DNA of 59,743 bases, counting the filler, from Dirinaria sp. TL-2023a (lineage: Eukaryota): assembly GCA_051941275.1 (NCBI GenBank). It is 3 parts of 3 records of this genome, joined end to end, with 100 filler letters (N's around TTAATTAATTAA, not from the genome) between each part and the next. Parts side by side here need not be neighbours in the genome. Positions count along the whole stretch, not along the records: positions 39,917 to 59,743 come from JAVEBF010000311.1; 2 more parts are not named here. One strand, given 5' to 3'. Position 1 is the first letter of the stretch. Each line of letters begins with the position of its first letter. The translations under genes and the position numbers were made by a program. Under the pieces are notes generated by a model. It ran no database searches, had not been told where the DNA came from, and saw only the letters and a program-made list of their open reading frames with translations. Shown here one piece after another: positions 55,831-59,743 of this stretch.

Positions 55831-58800
55831 ATGGCGCGGTCACCCCGCCTAGCGTGGCCCCGGCTACTTTTCTGCTATATCTTCTTCTTGCTGCTGGCTA
55901 TCTCGGCCGCTGAGAATGATGGGAACTGGACCGTCAAGCATGAGAGGGGCAGGTGTGCGATGAAAGGCCACTGTGGAAAACAATCCTTCTTCGGCGGAGA
56001 GCTACCATGTCCGGACAATAGTCTCGCGGAGGAGCCCTCGAAAGAAGTTCGGGAGAAGCTTGTTGGGATATGTGGAGACGCATGGAGCGAGAGCGACGTC
56101 TGCTGCGATAGCGATCAGTTGGACGCCCTCAGCTCCAACCTTAAAAGGGCCGAATCCATCATCTCGGCGTGCCCGGCATGCAAAGCCAACTTCTTCAATC
56201 TTTTCTGCACCTTCAGTTGCTCGCCCGACCAGTCCTTGTTCGTTAATATTACGGAGACCGCCATATCTTCATCAAACAAGCTTATAGTGACAGAGCTAGA
56301 TAATTTTTGGTCAGACCGCTACGGAAAAGGCTTCTATGATAGCTGTAAAGATGTCAAGTTTGGTGCGACTGGAGGAAAAGCCATGGACTTTATTGGCGGT
56401 GGGGCTAAGAACTATACGGCTTTTCTGAAGTTCTTGGGTGATAAAAAGTTTCTTGGAAGTCCATTCCAGATCAATTTTCCGCGCCCTAATGCGTCCGCGT
56501 ACGATGGGATCAGAGCGTCAGATCCAAAGCCGAAAGCTTGCAACGACACAAACGAGGCTTACCGATGCGCGTGTGTAGACTGCTCGGCAGTTTGCCCCGA
56601 GCTACCAAAAGTGACCATGCAAGAATCATGCCACGTCGGAGCATTACCGTGCTTATCGTTCTCTGTAATATTGGTGTACAGCGTGTTCCTACTCCTGGTG
56701 GTGGCAGCTGTTTCCGGACATGTCGCCTATCAGAAACACAATCAGCGGAAGAGCGAACAGCTCCGGCTATTGCAGGATGCGGCATTGAGTGACGACGATG
56801 ACGAAGGTGATACAGTACACAATGCTGGTATGCTGGATCGGCCACAACGTCACTATCGCTTGAACGGTTTCTTCGATAAGGCTTTTAGCGAGCTGGGAAG
56901 ATATTGTGCCAGGTACCCTTTAATCACTATCAGCTTAAATGTCCTGATTGTCTTGGTCATGAGCATCGGATGGATTAATTTCGATGTCGAGACCAACCCT
57001 GTCAGGCTATGGGTGAGCCCTTCGTCCGCTGCCGCTAAAGAGAAGGAGTATTTCGATACGAACTTTGGACCGTTCTACCGAGCGGAGCAGGCCTTCCTCG
57101 TGAATGACACGTATGCTTCTGGCCCAGGGCCTGTATTGAGCTATGATACTCTTGCATGGTGGTTTGATGTCGAAGGTCGGGTTCAGCGGATGAAGTCATT
57201 GCGGCAGGGTGCTACCTTGGACGAGATATGCTTCAACCCTACTGGTAAGGCTTGCGTAGTTCAGTCCTTGACAGGCTATTTCGGTGGTTCTTTCTCAAGC
57301 GTTAACCCCGAATCTTGGCGCGAACATCTAACGCATTGCACTCAACAGCCTGGCAGTCAGGAATGCTTGCCGGACTTTCAGCAACCCCTTCGGCCAGAAA
57401 TGATCCTCGGAGGCATTCAAAAGGACGAACCGCTTACTGCGGAAGCTTTGATCGTCACGTGGGTCGTCAACAATCATGCAGAGGGTTCAAAAGAAGAAGC
57501 TCGTGCTATCGACTGGGAAGAGAGCTTCATCGACCTTCTACGGACTGCTTCGCAGGAGGCAAAGGAGAGGGGTCTTCGTTTGTCATACAATACCGAAATG
57601 AGTCTCGAGCGGGAGCTGAATCAGACGACCAACACAGATGCAAAGATCGTGGTGATAAGCTACATCATCATGTTTCTCTACGCTTCTCTGGCCTTAGGAT
57701 CCACCACTTTGACGGCAAGGTCAATACTTCGCAACCCGGCCAATGCGCTAGTACAATCGAAATTCACTCTTGGTATAATCGGCATCATCATCGTCCTCAT
57801 GTCTGTTTCAGCTTCAATCGGTCTATTCTCGGCCGCTGGGATCAAAGTAACCCTCATCATCGCAGAAGTCATACCGTTCTTGGTACTTGCTGTTGGCGTT
57901 GACAACATCTTTCTCATTGTGCACGAATTCGAACGAGTCAACATCAGTCACTCCGATGACCTGGTCGAGACACGTATAGCAAAAGCGCTTGGGAGGATGG
58001 GTCCGAGTATTCTACTATCGGCTTCAACCGAGACTATTGCCTTCGTACTCGGTGCAGCAGTTGGAATGCCTGCTGTTCGGAATTTCGCGGTATATGCTGC
58101 TGGTGCGGTATTCTTTAATGCCTTGTTGCAAGTTACAATGTTCGTCTCGGTACTCGCCTTGAATCAGAGAAGGGTTGAAAGCAGGCGAGCGGATTGCTTT
58201 CCGTTTGTGAAGATCAGGTCAGCAAAGCCGACTCAAGCCCACGGTGGAGGCTCGTACGGTTTCGAGGATGAAGGCCCATTGCAGAGATTTATCCGCAAAG
58301 TCTACGCTCCCACCCTGCTCGACCGTCGGGTCAAAGTCAGCCTGATTGTCATTTTTCTCGGTCTATTTACCGCTGGCCTTGCACTCATTCCCGAGATCGC
58401 TCTAGGTTTAGACCAGCGCATCGCCTTTCCTCGCGGCTCTTATCTAATACCCTACTTCAACGACCTAGATGCCTATTTTAACACAGGACCCCCTGTGTAT
58501 TTTGTCACGCGCGATCTCAACGCTACACAGCGGCAGCACCAGCAAGAACTCTGCGGGCGCTTTTCGACTTGCCATTCCTACTCCATGGCCAACGTCCTTG
58601 AACAAGAATCCAAACGGCCCAACGTTTCCTACATTTCTGGCTCGACAGCGAGCTGGATCGACGACTTCTTTACATGGCTGAACCCGAGCAATGAAGAATG
58701 CTGCATTGAGAATGGGTCGACTTGCTTCAAGAACCGAGATCCACCTTGGAACGTCACCCTATACGGCATGCCCGAGGGCCCAGAATTCGTCCACTACCTT

Positions 58801-59534
58801 ACGAAGTGGCTCGCATCCCCCACAAACGCAGAATGTCCCTTTGGCGGCGCAGCGCCCTACAGCACCGCTCTTGTCATCTCCAATACCACCACATCCATCC
58901 CAGCATCTCACTTCCGTACCTCGCATACCCCTCTTCGCTCGCAAAAGGCATTCATCGAATCCTACGCCTCAGCCCGGCGCATCGCGGACAGCATCTCCTC
59001 GTCGCAAAACATCGACGTCTTCCCCTACTCCAAATTCTACATCTTCTTCGACCAATACGCCAGCATCGTGCGGCTGGCGGGGGCACTCATTGGCTCCGCG
59101 CTCGCTATCATCCTCATTCTCTCCTCCATCCTTCTCGGCTCCCTCGCAACAGGTATCGTCGTGACGCTCACCGTCCTCATGATCGTGACCGACGTCCTCG
59201 GCGCAATGGCCCTCTTCTCCGTCTCCCTCAACGCCATCTCCCTCGTCAACCTCGTCATCTGCGTCGGCATCGGCGTCGAGTTCTGCGCCCACGTCGCCCG
59301 CGCCTTCATGTTCCCCTCCAAACCCATCATGGAGAAGGCGAAAGCCAAGTTCCGCGGCCGCGATGCAAGGGCCTGGACCGCACTGGCGAATGTCGGTGCC
59401 AGCGTCTTCAGCGGGATCACGGTCACGAAATTCCTCGGTGTATTCGTGCTTGCCTTTACGAGGAGCAAGATCTTTGAGGTTCGTGCTTCTCTCTTTTTTC
59501 TTTCTTTCCTTCCCTTTTCTTTTCTCCCAAATAC

Positions 59535-59580
<46 letters not shown>

Positions 59581-59743
59581 CCAAAAAAATTCAAATTAAC
59601 CAAAAAACCAAACAGATCTACTACTTCCGCATCTGGCTCAGCCTCGTCGTTCTCGCCGCCGCCCACGCCCTGATCTTCCTCCCCGTCGCCCTGAGCCTGT
59701 TCGGCGGGGAGGGGTACACGAACCCGGAATCCGAGGGGGGCGG
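55831..59743 (+). CDS. NCR1: Niemann-Pick C1-like sterol transporter (Ncr1); intron 59479-59615; 3' end beyond the window
   Basis: Signal peptide, Cys-rich NPC1 N-terminal domain, PVRLW, sterol-sensing domain (EVIPFLVLAVGVDNIF), GIGVEFCAH. Splicing gives SKIFE|IYYFRIWL. Confidence 0.96.
59537..59579. repeat. (AC)n microsatellite inside the NCR1 intron
   Basis: About 21 AC units. Confidence 0.95.

Noticed and set aside
58691..59580. Overlapping 157-251-aa ORFs in other frames and on the other strand
   Set aside because: Shadow ORFs of the GC3-rich part of NCR1.
59479..59673. THTHTH C-terminal tail of NCR1 in the ORF track
   Set aside because: Read-through of a GT-AG intron containing (AC)n; the spliced frame continues IYYFRIWL.
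1..59743. Apparent ~20-kb periodicity of low-complexity zones
   Set aside because: Explained by concatenation of similar-sized contigs that break at simple repeats.

Overview
Genomic DNA of a filamentous ascomycete (Pezizomycotina: short GT-AG introns with CTRAC branch points). The window is three contigs (19,865, 19,851 and 19,827 bp) joined by artificial N44-TTAATTAATTAA-N44 linkers, so adjacency across the gaps is not biological. Contig 1 carries MSS4, histone H1, divergent EXO1/ECO1, a proline-rich protein, divergent MAD2/GUF1 and a TA-flanked MITE. Contig 2 carries a ZNFX1-like helicase, a zf-PARP protein, a PPR-like mitochondrial protein, SND1, an inositol 5-phosphatase and a small Cys-rich ORF cut by the gap. 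Contig 3 has an accessory region followed by a DUF2433-type phosphoesterase/RNA-binding protein and NCR1/NPC1. The accessory region holds an F-box-like gene, a kinase-like relic and the most notable feature: a head-to-head pair of a 1659-aa CHAT protease-STAND NTPase-helical repeat NLR and a 304-aa gasdermin-like protein with an acidic ~50-aa C-terminal tail, a candidate protease-activated pore-forming cell-death (immunity/allorecognition) module. Exon boundaries were read by hand and family calls come from motif recognition; no database searches were run.
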